Source: Candidatus Saccharimonadota bacterium (GTDB lineage: Bacteria; Pseudomonadota; Alphaproteobacteria; Rickettsiales; Anaplasmataceae). From it: DNA of 32,000 nucleotides. The notes under the pieces are model-generated. The model saw nothing but the letters and a program-made list of their open reading frames with translations. It made no database searches and was not told the origin of the DNA. The stretch is from NCBI GenBank assembly GCA_029715105.1, contig CP085695.1, positions 150,001 through 182,000 of the forward strand. The letters are read 5' to 3'. Each line of letters opens with the position of its first letter. Positions within the stretch are counted from its first letter, which is position 1. A program made the translations under genes and the position numbers. This document shows positions 19,148-31,494 of this stretch, in pieces.

Positions 19148-19335
19148 TTTATGGGATTATTATTTTCATCTTGAACGATATTACCATTTTCATACTCAGC
19201 TGACATATAATCTACATGTAGATCACGATCTATATATCTTACAGGTTTCACATATTTACTTTTATACGTTTTTTGTTTAACTTTCTGATTTTGAACAAGG
19301 TTATTTTTACTAGCTGTTTTTGTTATTGTTGCCAT
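19132..19335 (-). CDS. Small hypothetical protein (67 aa) with its stop overlapping the nuoG start
   Basis: 67-codon ATG ORF with a basic N-terminal half and an acidic C-terminal half. Its last 16 nt overlap the nuoG ATG (AAATGGAAAGCAATATAA). A sigma70-like promoter lies about 27 nt upstream. No family recognised. Confidence 0.5.
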   Translation of the reverse strand: MATITKTASKNNLVQNQKVKQKTYKSKYVKPVRYIDRDLHVDYMSAEYENGNIVQDENNNPIKWKAI

Positions 19336-19362
19336 ATATATTTTATAAAATTTCTTGGCTTT

Positions 19363-19390
19363 ATTTTAGCATTTAAGCGTATAACGTCAA
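19363..19390 (-). promoter_or_regulatory. Candidate sigma70-type promoter for the 67-aa ORF, nuoG and nuoH
   Basis: Read on the minus strand: TTGACG (19390-19385), a 16-nt spacer, then TAAAAT (19368-19363). The -10 box ends about 27 nt before ATG 19335. Confidence 0.4.
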
Positions 19391-19439
19391 TATTTAAAAT
19401 TGAAATTGAATTTTAAATTGACTTTTATGGGAGAGAGAG

Positions 19440-19458
19440 TTTCTCTTGCAAAGAGAAA
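19440..19458. promoter_or_regulatory. Perfect palindrome with 8-bp arms, TTTCTCTT-gca-AAGAGAAA
   Basis: All eight pairs from 19440-19447 to 19451-19458 are complementary. It lies 50 bp upstream of the candidate -35 box and is preceded by the purine run GAGAGAGAG (19431-19439). Confidence 0.4.
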
Positions 19459-19882
19459 ATAAGGAGTCAACAATATTAAGAGTATTATAATTTTATAATA
19501 AATATTATTTGTATTTGCTTGCATAGTGCAGAGAATTTCTTTATTTGTTAATTGAAATTATATTATAAATTATTGTACATTCATTTAAATGTTTTATCGA
19601 AGGTAATTTCTCTAGTTATTGGAAAATTTTGTTGGAAAGTTAAATAGTTTTGATGTTAAGCTTATTAGATTTAAATTTTAATTTATGGAGTCAAAAGCTA
19701 AATGGAGTTACTTTAAGTAGTATAAATAAATATACTGTTTGATTTTTTGTTGAGTGTTTTTCCTAAATTTAGAATTAGTCTTAATTTATTTTTTATGTTA
19801 AAATGTAGGTTTGGACTTAGGGGTTTTTTTAAAAAATATAAAATTACAAGAACAATATTTTACTTTTCTATTATAAGGAGTT

Positions 19883-20641
19883 TTATTGGCTATGAGAAAA
19901 TTTATCTGCGTAAGAACTTTTCATTATATTTAGTGTATCATAATCTGTAAAATCCAATTTTATTGGTGTAATAGTAATGAATCCTTCTTTTATTTTACCT
20001 ACACTTCCACTACCTGAATATTCTCGAGACCAATTTAAGTTTAAAGAACCATCTGGATTTTCTATAAAGGTTAGATTTCCATCAATGTTATTATATTCAC
20101 CTTGTTCAACAAATTCTATTCCTTTTATTTTTTCTATATCAGGGAGATTTACGCTCATAGCTATATTTTTAGGCCATCCAACTTCAATAAGTTTAGTAAT
20201 AATTTTTAGTCCAAAAGTTTTTGTATTGTGCCAGTTTATTCTATTATGGTTGTGATATACTTGACTTATTGCGATAGAGGGTATAGATTTTGCAGCGCCT
20301 TCCATAACTGCACCAATTGTTCCAGAATAATAAACATCGTCTCCGACATTTGATCCAATGTTTACTCCAGATAATATTAAGTCTGGTCTCTTGTCCATGA
20401 TTTTATTTAGTGCAGTTATAATGCAGTCCGCAGGTGTTCCGGATATACTAAACTCTTTTTTGCTGTGCTGAGTTATTTTAATAGAGTGACTTATTAAATA
20501 GTCAAGAGATCTTGCTGCTCCACTTCTATCAGAGTTTGGTGCTACTATCCATATTTCTGACGCAAAGTTTTGTGCAATTTTTTTTAGTAATTTTATTCCT
20601 TCACTTTTATAACCATCATCATTCGTTATTAACGTTACCAT
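19883..20641 (-). CDS. surE: 5'/3'-nucleotidase SurE
   Basis: 252 aa with N-terminal LITNDDGYKSEGI, plus SGTPADC and YYSGTIGAVMEG. Confidence 0.94.
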   Translation of the reverse strand: MVTLITNDDGYKSEGIKLLKKIAQNFASEIWIVAPNSDRSGAARSLDYLISHSIKITQHSKKEFSISGTPADCIITALNKIMDKRPDLILSGVNIGSNVGDDVYYSGTIGAVMEGAAKSIPSIAISQVYHNHNRINWHNTKTFGLKIITKLIEVGWPKNIAMSVNLPDIEKIKGIEFVEQGEYNNIDGNLTFIENPDGSLNLNWSREYSGSGSVGKIKEGFITITPIKLDFTDYDTLNIMKSSYADKFSHSQ

Positions 20642-20784
20642 ATAAATTTTATACTTTAACTTTGAGTTGTTTGCAATTTCTTATTGATTTTTTGATATAA
20701 TTAATTTTACTTTATATTTAAATATAAAATATAAAGTTTTAAAAGATTGATGTAGAGGTTTTAAATTTTTATTTATGGTATTAG

Positions 20785-22845
<2,061 letters not shown>

Positions 22846-23434
22846 ATATCTTTAGTATAGATAGAGTATATAAAGAAACAGAAGAATATAAAATAGTATA
22901 AAGAATTAGTTTCAGGATTATTTTGTTATGAGGGATACCAAGGGGGTGGGGTGTAATTTATTATTTTGTTCTGCTATGTTTTACAACACGAGAGTATTAT
23001 TAATTGTATGTATTTAGTTTGGTATGAGAACATCAAAATAATTTACATATTTTGGTAATTTTAAATTTAATAATTGTTCATTTGTATTGCAAAATATAAT
23101 TTATTTTAATCAATTTATTATTGATGTACTTTATAGGAAGATTTATAAAAGTTTATAGTTGTTTTTATGTTTTACTTATTTTAACTAGTAACTCTTTATA
23201 TGTTTAGATTTTAGTTTAGGATCTTTAATTTTATCAGAGAAGTTTTTGCGTATTAAAATCTTAATTAATATTTTAATAGAAAATATAAAAGTTGTTATTT
23301 TTGTTAAATTGGCACTTATTTATAAAAAATTTTTATACAAACTAATTTATAGAGATAGAGTATATAAATCTAGATTTTGTTTTTAAAATTAAATGGTTTT
23401 ATTTTTCTATTTAGTAAAATCTTGATTTTAGGTT

Positions 23435-24238
23435 CTAAGAACCACCTAGCCAATAAATAAATATAAACAAAAATATCCAAACTATGTCTATGAAGTGCCA
23501 ATATAATGAAGCAAATTCAAGACATAAATGATTTTGAGGTGTAAATTGATTTCTATGAGCCCTGAATAAGCATATTAATAAAAATAGCATCCCTATCATG
23601 AGGTGTGCACAATGAAATCCTGTAATTATGTAAAAATTAGATATATAAATTATTTTTTCTCCCATCTCTCTTAAGGAAAAATTAGTTTTATAGTACTCTA
23701 TAGCTTGTATTATTATGAATAATAATCCAAGCAATATAGTTATCAGTAGCATTTTAATCATATTTTTTTTGTCATTTTCCAATAGACAGCGATGTGTCCA
23801 GTTAATAGTTGTTCCGGAAAGTAATAATATTAATGTATTTATAAATGGTAATGACCATGGATCATGTGGTGGAATCCCATTGGGAGGCCAATCAATTTTT
23901 TTTATATGGGATGATATTTCAAATAAAAAAGTTGAATCGAGCCAGGCATTAAAAAATGAACAAAAGAATGTCGCAAAAAATATAACCTCTGAGAGAATAA
24001 ATAAATACATTGCAATTCTAAATCCTTTTTTTGTTGCTTTGGTGTATGGTTCATATATGGCTTCTTTTATTATATCTTTCCACCAATGAAATAATACTCC
24101 TAATATTATGAACGTTCCTAGAATTAGACTAATTATTCCGAAAGTTTGTTTACGAAACGCACCAATTAATCCAAAGACAAAAATAAGAGTTGCTTTTGAT
24201 AGGAAAATTGGCCAAGGACTTGGATCTATTAATTTCAT
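23435..24238 (-). CDS. ctaE: Cytochrome c oxidase subunit III
   Basis: 267 aa with 7 TM-like segments and the C-terminal block LYWHFIDIVWIFLF typical of COX3. Confidence 0.92.
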   Translation of the reverse strand: MKLIDPSPWPIFLSKATLIFVFGLIGAFRKQTFGIISLILGTFIILGVLFHWWKDIIKEAIYEPYTKATKKGFRIAMYLFILSEVIFFATFFCSFFNAWLDSTFLFEISSHIKKIDWPPNGIPPHDPWSLPFINTLILLLSGTTINWTHRCLLENDKKNMIKMLLITILLGLLFIIIQAIEYYKTNFSLREMGEKIIYISNFYIITGFHCAHLMIGMLFLLICLFRAHRNQFTPQNHLCLEFASLYWHFIDIVWIFLFIFIYWLGGS

Positions 24239-24815
24239 AAAAAATTTGTTTATAAAAACATATGTGTATTATAGCGTATAAGTTATTTTAAAACTGTCAA
24301 TTCTATACTGTTAATAGTTTATGATAAGTTTTATACTAATAAAGTAATAATAAAATTAAATTTAGTAGTATTTTTGTATAGACTTTTAAAGTTTTTTTAA
24401 AAAGTTAAATTGACTTTAAAGTAACTAAAAGTTTATTTTTCTTTATTTTATGGTGCTTTCTAATAATGGGGTGCATATTATAAAGTTAATATGTAAGGTT
24501 AATTTATAAAAATTATTTGGAGAATTGTAATTAAAAAGTTTTTTATGTTTTAATGTATTATTAAATTTTAAATTTTAAAAGTATTTTTTTTGTATTTTAA
24601 GTTTTATATTACTTATATAAGTTATAGGAAAAGTTAGATATCTACATATTATTTTCTTTTAAAGGATATATATATTTTTAGAGAGTTTGAACTTTTTATA
24701 TTTTATTTTGTGTTCTCTTGAAGAAGAGGATATAAACTATATGAAAGTACATAAAATAAAGATTTTTTAGTTTGAGTTTTGATATTGTTGGTATTTGTCG
24801 AAGTTTAAAGTAAAA

Positions 24816-26552
24816 TTAATCAATAGTTAATGCATCTTCTATTAAAAACTGTATATTGTTATTTAAATAATCCATAGATATTTTACCTAGAACAGCCTTG
24901 ATATTATTATTCATAATAGCGAAACCAAGATGTGTATTTACAGAGTGAAATGCAATAGCTTTAATTATAGCATGCCCGTCAGAAATGAAACACTTTATAT
25001 GATTAATTGCTATGATTTTAGGATTTTTAATTTTTACGTTTTTAATAACAAATCTTGGTTCAGGATTACCAACGCCAAATGGCTCTAAGCGCTGCAGTTG
25101 ATTCCAGAAAGATAGATTTACAGTTTTAGTAGTTATTATGTCATCAACTTTTAAAGTTTTGTTATATGTAAAATGCTTAAATTTTTTAGTAAAAAAATTA
25201 TATAAATCATTTATCTTGTTTTTTTTAATTATAAATCCTGCTGCAGCACTATGTCCACCACCTTCAATAATTAGATCTATAAGTTTTGCTGAATGAATTG
25301 TAGCTCCAATATTGACTCCAGGAATAGATCTACAACTTGCTTTTCCTATTTCATTATAGTTTAAAGATATTACTATTGTTGGCAAATAAAATTTATCTTT
25401 TAGTTTTGAAGCAATTATGCCGATAATGCCTTGGTGCCATTTACCGCTTACCATTATAAAATTTGTACCTAATTTAATAAGCTTTTTTGTTTGTGTTATA
25501 GCTTCTAAAACAGCCTTATTTTCCATTTTTTTTCTTCTATTGTTTAGATTTATTAATTCTAGTGTAATAGAATGTGCTTCTTTTTCACTTTCTGTAGAGA
25601 GTAGTTTTGCGCCAAGAGATGCTTCTCCGATTCTTCCTCCAGCATTTATGCATGGTCCAATATTAAAACTTAGTTGAGAAACATTTAGTTTCTTGAAAAT
25701 TTTTAAAGAATTAAGTAAAACACGTAATCCGATGTTTTTTTTTTCTGATATAATTTTTAATCCTTGTGAAACAAATGCTCTATTAAGACCAGTGATTTGC
25801 ATAACATCACAAATAGTACCTAGAGCAACTAAATCTAATAGATTAAATAAATTTGGCTCTTCTTTATCAATAAAGAATCCTTGTTTACGTAAGCTGCTGT
25901 TGAGGGCAATAATTAGTAGAAATGTTACTCCAACCGCTGCAAGATTAGTACAAGGTGAATTTTCATCTAGGCGATTTGGATTGATAATCGCAACAGCATT
26001 TGGTAGTTTTTCTGTACAAAGATGATGATCGATAACTATAATATCAAGACCGAAATTTTTGGCGTTTTCTATAGGTTGGTATGCAAGTGTACCGCAATCA
26101 ACTGAGATACATAAATCGGTTCCTTTTTTTTTAAGTTGTAGTAAAGCGTCTGTATTTAATCCATATCCTTCATTGATACGATTCGGGATATAGATTGTAG
26201 ATTGTATACCAATTGTTTTTAGATATTTATTAATTAGTGCTGATGACGTTGCACCATCAACATCATAGTCACCGAATATTGCTATATTTTGGCTGTTATT
26301 TATTGCTAATATTATTCGACAAATAGCTTTTTTCATGTCAAGAAGGTGGAATGGATTTGGTAATGATGATTTAATTGTCGGGTGTAAAAAATTATTTATA
26401 TTTTTTATATCAATGCTTCGAGCAGTGAGTATTTTAGCTAGAATTTTTGGTATTTTTAGTTTTTGAACAATATTTAAAACTTTTTTTTCATCTACTTCGT
26501 ATAATTTCCATATTGCATTTATTACACTGTATTTTTTATTGTCAAGTAACAT
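24816..26552 (-). CDS. recJ: Single-stranded-DNA-specific exonuclease RecJ
   Basis: 578 aa. DHH family motifs: FGDYDVDGATS, VDCG, VIDHH, GGGHSAAAG. Confidence 0.94.
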   Translation of the reverse strand: MLLDNKKYSVINAIWKLYEVDEKKVLNIVQKLKIPKILAKILTARSIDIKNINNFLHPTIKSSLPNPFHLLDMKKAICRIILAINNSQNIAIFGDYDVDGATSSALINKYLKTIGIQSTIYIPNRINEGYGLNTDALLQLKKKGTDLCISVDCGTLAYQPIENAKNFGLDIIVIDHHLCTEKLPNAVAIINPNRLDENSPCTNLAAVGVTFLLIIALNSSLRKQGFFIDKEEPNLFNLLDLVALGTICDVMQITGLNRAFVSQGLKIISEKKNIGLRVLLNSLKIFKKLNVSQLSFNIGPCINAGGRIGEASLGAKLLSTESEKEAHSITLELINLNNRRKKMENKAVLEAITQTKKLIKLGTNFIMVSGKWHQGIIGIIASKLKDKFYLPTIVISLNYNEIGKASCRSIPGVNIGATIHSAKLIDLIIEGGGHSAAAGFIIKKNKINDLYNFFTKKFKHFTYNKTLKVDDIITTKTVNLSFWNQLQRLEPFGVGNPEPRFVIKNVKIKNPKIIAINHIKCFISDGHAIIKAIAFHSVNTHLGFAIMNNNIKAVLGKISMDYLNNNIQFLIEDALTID

Positions 26553-26701
26553 ATTTTAATATTGAAACAAAATTACTTTATCAGGATTTTTAATTTATAT
26601 CTATTTAATTTAGATCTATAAAAACTAAGCTTGAAATATTCAATTTAATTTAATTATCATTTGTTGTTTATAAAAAATATTGCATAATTTAGTTAAAATT
26701 A

Positions 26702-27247
26702 TTGGTGAAGAATTTTATGGATCTTAATAAGGTTGCAGCGTCGATTTTGTTTTCTGGGTTAATTATTGTGATAGTTAGCAATTTAGTTGATATATTTTAT
26801 AATCCAGAGAGAGATGCAATTCAATATCAAAATAGTAATGTTGTGCATGATGATAGTAAATTACAGCAGAAAATTGAACAAATAGCGTTTGATATCGTGA
26901 CTCTTATGCAGAATGCTAATTTTGAGAAAGGCAAATTAGGGGCAAAAAAATGTGTAGCTTGTCATAGTTTTGAAAAAAGTGGAACAAATAAGGTAGGACC
27001 AAATTTATGGAACATAGTTAAAAGTAAAAAGGCACGTTTTAGTAGCTCATTTAATTACTCAAAGGCAATATTAGAAAAGGGTGGAGAATGGGGATACGAA
27101 GAATTATTTGCTTTCTTAAGAAATCCAAAAGATTATATAAGAGGTACACGTATGGCATTTGTAGGAATATCCAATCCACAAGAAATTGCTGATTTAATTA
27201 GTTATTTACGTCAATTAAGTGATAATCCTGTTGATTTACCAAAATAA
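26702..27247 (+). CDS. cycM: Membrane-anchored c-type cytochrome
   Basis: 181 aa. N-terminal TM anchor AASILFSGLIIVIVSNLV, heme-binding CVACHSF, and distal Met in GTRMAF. The ATG at 26717 is a likelier start than the TTG at 26702. Confidence 0.9.
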   Translation: MVKNFMDLNKVAASILFSGLIIVIVSNLVDIFYNPERDAIQYQNSNVVHDDSKLQQKIEQIAFDIVTLMQNANFEKGKLGAKKCVACHSFEKSGTNKVGPNLWNIVKSKKARFSSSFNYSKAILEKGGEWGYEELFAFLRNPKDYIRGTRMAFVGISNPQEIADLISYLRQLSDNPVDLPK

Positions 27248-27258
27248 ATATATAAATT

Positions 27259-28011
27259 ATGAATATAGGTATGGATTATTGTAAATTATTTGTTAAAGAT
27301 GGTGATTATATATCATATCGAAAATTATGTGGAAAAAAAGCTTCCGTAGTTTTTTTTGGTGGATTTGCATCAAATATGAATGGAGTTAAAGCATCTGCTA
27401 TTTATAAATTTTGTAGAGAAAATGATATAGCGCTTGTATTATTCGATTATTTTGGTCATGGTTATTCAAGTGGTGATTTTGTTCACTATACAATAAGTGA
27501 TTGGCAAAAGAATTGCGTTAAAGTACTCAATGAGTTAACTAGTGGTAAACAGATAATTATAGGTTCTAGTATGGGAGGATGGCTGATGTTGCTTGTTGCT
27601 CTTCAATTTCCAAGAAAAATTGCAGCATTAATCGGTATATCATCTGCTCCTGATTTCACTGAAAATTTAATTTTCAAGCAGTTATCAAATAAGGAAAAAG
27701 AAGAACTTAATTCGCATGGTACAGTAGATTTTATTTCAGGAAATTGTACTTATACAATAACTAAAAATTTGATAGAAGATGGTAGAAAAAATCTTTTATT
27801 AAATAAAGAGATTATAGAAATAAATCTTCCTGTACGTTTGTTACATAGTTTTAGTGATGAAAAAGTTCCTTATCAAGTTTCATTGAGTTTAGCCGAAAAA
27901 ATTAAATCAACTGATGTCGAAGTGCATTTAATAAAGTCAGCAGAGCATAACATGTCTGATGGTTGTTCATTGAGAGTTTTGTTTCGTACGATTAGGGAAC
28001 TGATATCCTGA
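27259..28011 (+). CDS. Alpha/beta-fold hydrolase of unknown substrate
   Basis: 250 aa. Nucleophile elbow GSSMGG, and a late His in SAEHNM. It starts 11 bp after the cycM stop. Confidence 0.85.
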   Translation: MNIGMDYCKLFVKDGDYISYRKLCGKKASVVFFGGFASNMNGVKASAIYKFCRENDIALVLFDYFGHGYSSGDFVHYTISDWQKNCVKVLNELTSGKQIIIGSSMGGWLMLLVALQFPRKIAALIGISSAPDFTENLIFKQLSNKEKEELNSHGTVDFISGNCTYTITKNLIEDGRKNLLLNKEIIEINLPVRLLHSFSDEKVPYQVSLSLAEKIKSTDVEVHLIKSAEHNMSDGCSLRVLFRTIRELIS

Positions 28012-28231
28012 TTATATTGTACAAAGTAGAAGCAAAAAGTTGTAAGTTTTACATACAAGTTCAATTAAACAATCAGTTTAGATTTTGTTAAATGCTTCTT
28101 GGCAGTTTAGTAATATGTTAAAGAAATTGTTATAGTGAAGAGTAGTTTATTTTTAGTTTGAAAGTTTTGTTTGTTAATATTTTGTATTTGTATGTAATGA
28201 GGAGATTATAGTTGGTTTAGTTAATATATTT

Positions 28232-29635
28232 ATGGAGAGTTTTATGTATAAGGGAAGTAGAATAGAATATGATAGTTTAGGAGAGGTGAGAGTATCAAAT
28301 GAACGTTATTGGGGAGCACAAACACAACGTTCTTTAGAAAATTTTAGGATTGGTACGGAAAGGATGCCAGAATCTATAATTGAAGCGCTAGCAATAGTAA
28401 AGCTTGCAGCAGCACGTGTGAATATAAAATCTAATGCTATAAATGAAGAAATTGGGAGTGCTATTTGCATAGCTGCGCAAGAGATAATAGATGGCAAATT
28501 TAAGGATGAGTTTCCTCTTGTTGTATGGCAAACTGGATCTGGAACTCAAACTAATATGAATATGAATGAGGTTATTAGTAACCGTGCAATAAAAATTTTA
28601 AACGGCAATTTAGGTACTAAATTTCCAGTACATCCAAATGATCATGTGAATTTTGGTCAATCATCTAATGATACTTTTCCAACTGCAATGCATATAGCAG
28701 TAGCAAAACAGATAAATTATTCTCTTATTCCAACTCTTGAAGAATTATATAATGCATTGAATGATAAGGTTCAAGAATTTGGAAGAATAATAAAAGTAGG
28801 ACGTACTCATTTGCAAGATGCAGTTCCTCTAACATTAGGACAAGAATTTTCTGGATATGCAATTCAAGTTAAAAAGGGAATAGAAAGAATAAAATCTGCT
28901 TTGAAGAATTTATATGAGCTTGCACAAGGTGGTACTGCAGTTGGTACTGGTCTTAATACTAAAAAGGGATTTGCTGAAAATTTTGTTAATGAAGTAGTAA
29001 AGATTACAAATCTTCCATTTATTCTTGCAGAAAATAAATTTGAAGCATTAGCAGCAAACGACGCTTTGGTCGAAATGAGTGGTGCACTTAACACAGTAGC
29101 GGTTAGTTTAATGAAAATTGCAAATGACTTAAGGTTACTTAGCTCCGGTCCAAGGTGTGGAATTGGAGAAATAATATTACCAGAAAATGAACCTGGCTCT
29201 TCGATTATGCCAGGTAAAGTGAATCCAACTCAATGTGAAGCAGTGACTATGGTATGTGCTCAAATTATGGGGAATCATGTTACTGTAAGTATAAGTGGTT
29301 CAAATGGTCATTTTGAATTAAATGTATTTAAACCAGTGATAATTTATAATGTTTTGCAGTCTATAAGACTTTTAACTGATGTAAGTTCAAATTTTACGAA
29401 AAGATGTTTAATTGACATTAAAGCAAACGAAAGGAGAATAAAAGATTTGTTAAATCGATCATTAATGTTGGCTTCAATATTAAATCCATATATAGGATAT
29501 GATAATGTTGCAAAAATAGTTAAACTTGCTTATAAAGAAAATATTTCTTTGAAGGAAGCGGCAGTAAAACTTGAGTTATTTACTGAAAAGGAATTTGAAA
29601 AGATAGTAAAACCAGAAGAGATGGTAGGTTTGTGA
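28232..29635 (+). CDS. fumC: Class II fumarate hydratase
   Basis: 467 aa with [15 protein letters not shown] and the signature [16 protein letters not shown]. The ATG at 28244 is an alternative start. Confidence 0.96.
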   Translation: MESFMYKGSRIEYDSLGEVRVSNERYWGAQTQRSLENFRIGTERMPESIIEALAIVKLAAARVNIKSNAINEEIGSAICIAAQEIIDGKFKDEFPLVVWQTGSGTQTNMNMNEVISNRAIKILNGNLGTKFPVHPNDHVNFGQSSNDTFPTAMHIAVAKQINYSLIPTLEELYNALNDKVQEFGRIIKVGRTHLQDAVPLTLGQEFSGYAIQVKKGIERIKSALKNLYELAQGGTAVGTGLNTKKGFAENFVNEVVKITNLPFILAENKFEALAANDALVEMSGALNTVAVSLMKIANDLRLLSSGPRCGIGEIILPENEPGSSIMPGKVNPTQCEAVTMVCAQIMGNHVTVSISGSNGHFELNVFKPVIIYNVLQSIRLLTDVSSNFTKRCLIDIKANERRIKDLLNRSLMLASILNPYIGYDNVAKIVKLAYKENISLKEAAVKLELFTEKEFEKIVKPEEMVGL

Positions 29636-29767
29636 TATTATTGTGGTTTCGCATTTCGCATTGGGTAATGTTAGTTTTAATTAGTTAATGTGGTGTTTTG
29701 TTAATTTTTAATTTGATTTTTGTGGGTTTAGTATAATAAAATTGATGATATGTTTTATGTAGTTTCT

Positions 29768-29790
29768 CCTCTCAATTCATAAAGGAGAGG
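29768..29790 (+). terminator. Candidate stem-loop terminator after fumC
   Basis: CCTCTC (29768-29773) pairs with GAGAGG (29785-29790) across an 11-nt loop, followed by the T-rich TTCTAGCTTTT. It lies about 130 nt after the fumC stop, and there is no clean U-tract. Confidence 0.3.
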
Positions 29791-30063
29791 TTCTAGCTTT
29801 TAAGTTAATTTTCGTTAATTTTATATTATATATATATAATTTTATTTCAAGAAAAGAAGATTAAGTTTATAAAATTTTCCTAAATATGATAGTTAAATGA
29901 CTTTTTAATTTCTGTGAAATTAAATATCTTATTTAAACGAATTGTGAAATGAAGTCATTTTATTATCGTTTTCCTTTTATTGAAAGAGATAATTATTGAT
30001 AAAATTAATGATATAAAAAGTGTAGGGGCAATATGTTAAGTAAGTTGCAGTAGTTTAAAAATA

Positions 30064-31257
30064 TTATATTTCCAAGATTAGTCTACTTGGATCCTCTATG
30101 AAGTTTTTTATTCTAATTAAGAAGGCTATTGCTCCCTTACCATCAACTATTCTATGATCATAGGAAAGTGCAATATACATCATTGGTCTAATCTCAATTG
30201 AATTGCCTACGACAACAGGTCTATTTTGTATTGAATGCATACCTAGTATTCCAGATTGCGGAGGATTTATTATTGGAGTAGATAGGAGTGAGCCATACAC
30301 TCCTCCATTTGAAATGGTAAATGTTGCACCTTCCATTTCTGATACTTGTAACTTGTTTTCCCGCGCTTTTTTACTAAGAGTGGTAAGAATTAATTCGATT
30401 TTAGCAAGTGATATTTGATCTGCATTTCGAATAACTGGTACAACAAGGCCCTTATCGGTACTAACAGCAACGCCTATGTCATAGTAATATTTATATATAA
30501 TTTCATTGCCAGAAATTTCGGCATTAATCTCAAGAATTTCTTTTAAGGCTTGTACTGTTGCTTTTATAAAAAAAGACATAATACCCAATTTTATTCCGTA
30601 TTTTTTTTCAAAAACCTCTTTATATTTCATTCTAATATCTACAATGTTTTTCATATCAACTTCATTAAATGTTGTTAATATTGCTGCAGTATTTTGTGAT
30701 TCTTTTAAGCGTGTAGCAATTATTTGTCTTATTTTACTCATTTTCACTCGTTTTTCTTTTTTGTTTACTGTATTTTCAACTGTTTTGACTTCTGCGCGTT
30801 CAACATTTGTGTTATTTATATAGTTGATTACATCTGCTTTGGTTATTCGGCCTCCAATGCCGGTTCCGTCAATATTTTCTGTAGTAATTTCATTTTCTTT
30901 CATTATTCTATATGCTGAAGGAGCATTTTTTTTAGTAGTAATCTTGTCGTCTTTATTTTTTTCTTTTTTTATTTCTTCTTTTTCTATATCTTCTATAGAG
31001 CTTTCTATATCTTCTGTAGAAATTTTTGCTAGTAATTGGTTTGGACTTATTATATCATTTTCCTTTACGAAAAATTCGGTTATTTGACCTGAGACTTCTG
31101 CAGTTAATTCAAGTGCTGTTTTATCAGTTTCAATTTCAAAAATTGAATCATCGGTTTTTATTGGTTCGCCAATATTTTTTTTTATTTTAATTATTCCCTC
31201 TGTAATTGATTCGCCTCCTAGAGTTTTTGGTGCTCTAATTTCTATAATTTTGCTCAT
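30064..31257 (-). CDS. sucB: 2-oxoglutarate dehydrogenase E2 (dihydrolipoyllysine-residue succinyltransferase)
   Basis: 397 aa. Lipoyl domain with ETDKTA, a charged linker, an E3-binding segment ([10 protein letters not shown]), and a catalytic domain with SYDHRIVDG. Confidence 0.94.
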   Translation of the reverse strand: MSKIIEIRAPKTLGGESITEGIIKIKKNIGEPIKTDDSIFEIETDKTALELTAEVSGQITEFFVKENDIISPNQLLAKISTEDIESSIEDIEKEEIKKEKNKDDKITTKKNAPSAYRIMKENEITTENIDGTGIGGRITKADVINYINNTNVERAEVKTVENTVNKKEKRVKMSKIRQIIATRLKESQNTAAILTTFNEVDMKNIVDIRMKYKEVFEKKYGIKLGIMSFFIKATVQALKEILEINAEISGNEIIYKYYYDIGVAVSTDKGLVVPVIRNADQISLAKIELILTTLSKKARENKLQVSEMEGATFTISNGGVYGSLLSTPIINPPQSGILGMHSIQNRPVVVGNSIEIRPMMYIALSYDHRIVDGKGAIAFLIRIKNFIEDPSRLILEI

Positions 31258-31494
31258 AATTAATTTAATATATTACACAAGCTTTGTTATAAACTATTTT
31301 ATACTCTAAAAAAATATATAATAAACTAATAAAATTAGTTATCTATTATAGATTAGAAAAATTTTTTTAAAATATCAAAACATTTTAGAATTATTTTACA
31401 ATTTTATCGTCTTGTTTAAACAAAATTAAAAAAATTGAGTTGATTTGTTGTTAAGTGGTAAATTTTTAGGCATCAAGTAAATAAATTAAAATTA

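Noticed and set aside
19747-19950. 67-codon TTG ORF that is partly intergenic and partly overlaps the 3' end of surE on the opposite strand.
   Set aside because: It has a non-ATG start, an F/L/I/R-rich low-complexity product, overlaps a well-supported gene, and has no promoter-like or RBS-like context.
22932-22951. G-quadruplex potential of GGG-ataccaa-GGGGG-t-GGGG and of the G-runs in the 15.2-15.9 kb spacer.
   Set aside because: Only three G-tracts lie within reach, so only a weak two-tetrad structure is possible. These are noted as compositional oddities, not called as G4 elements.
24268-24300. Perfect TTGACA and perfect TATAAT on the minus strand upstream of ctaE.
   Set aside because: The spacer between the two hexamers is 21 nt, outside the functional 16-19 nt range. 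The TATAAT alone, 30 nt before the ATG, may still act as a -10 box, but the pair is not a canonical promoter.
24405-24419. CtrA-box-like TTAA-N7-TTAA.
   Set aside because: With this AT content I expect roughly nine such matches per 32 kb by chance, and the site has no other support.
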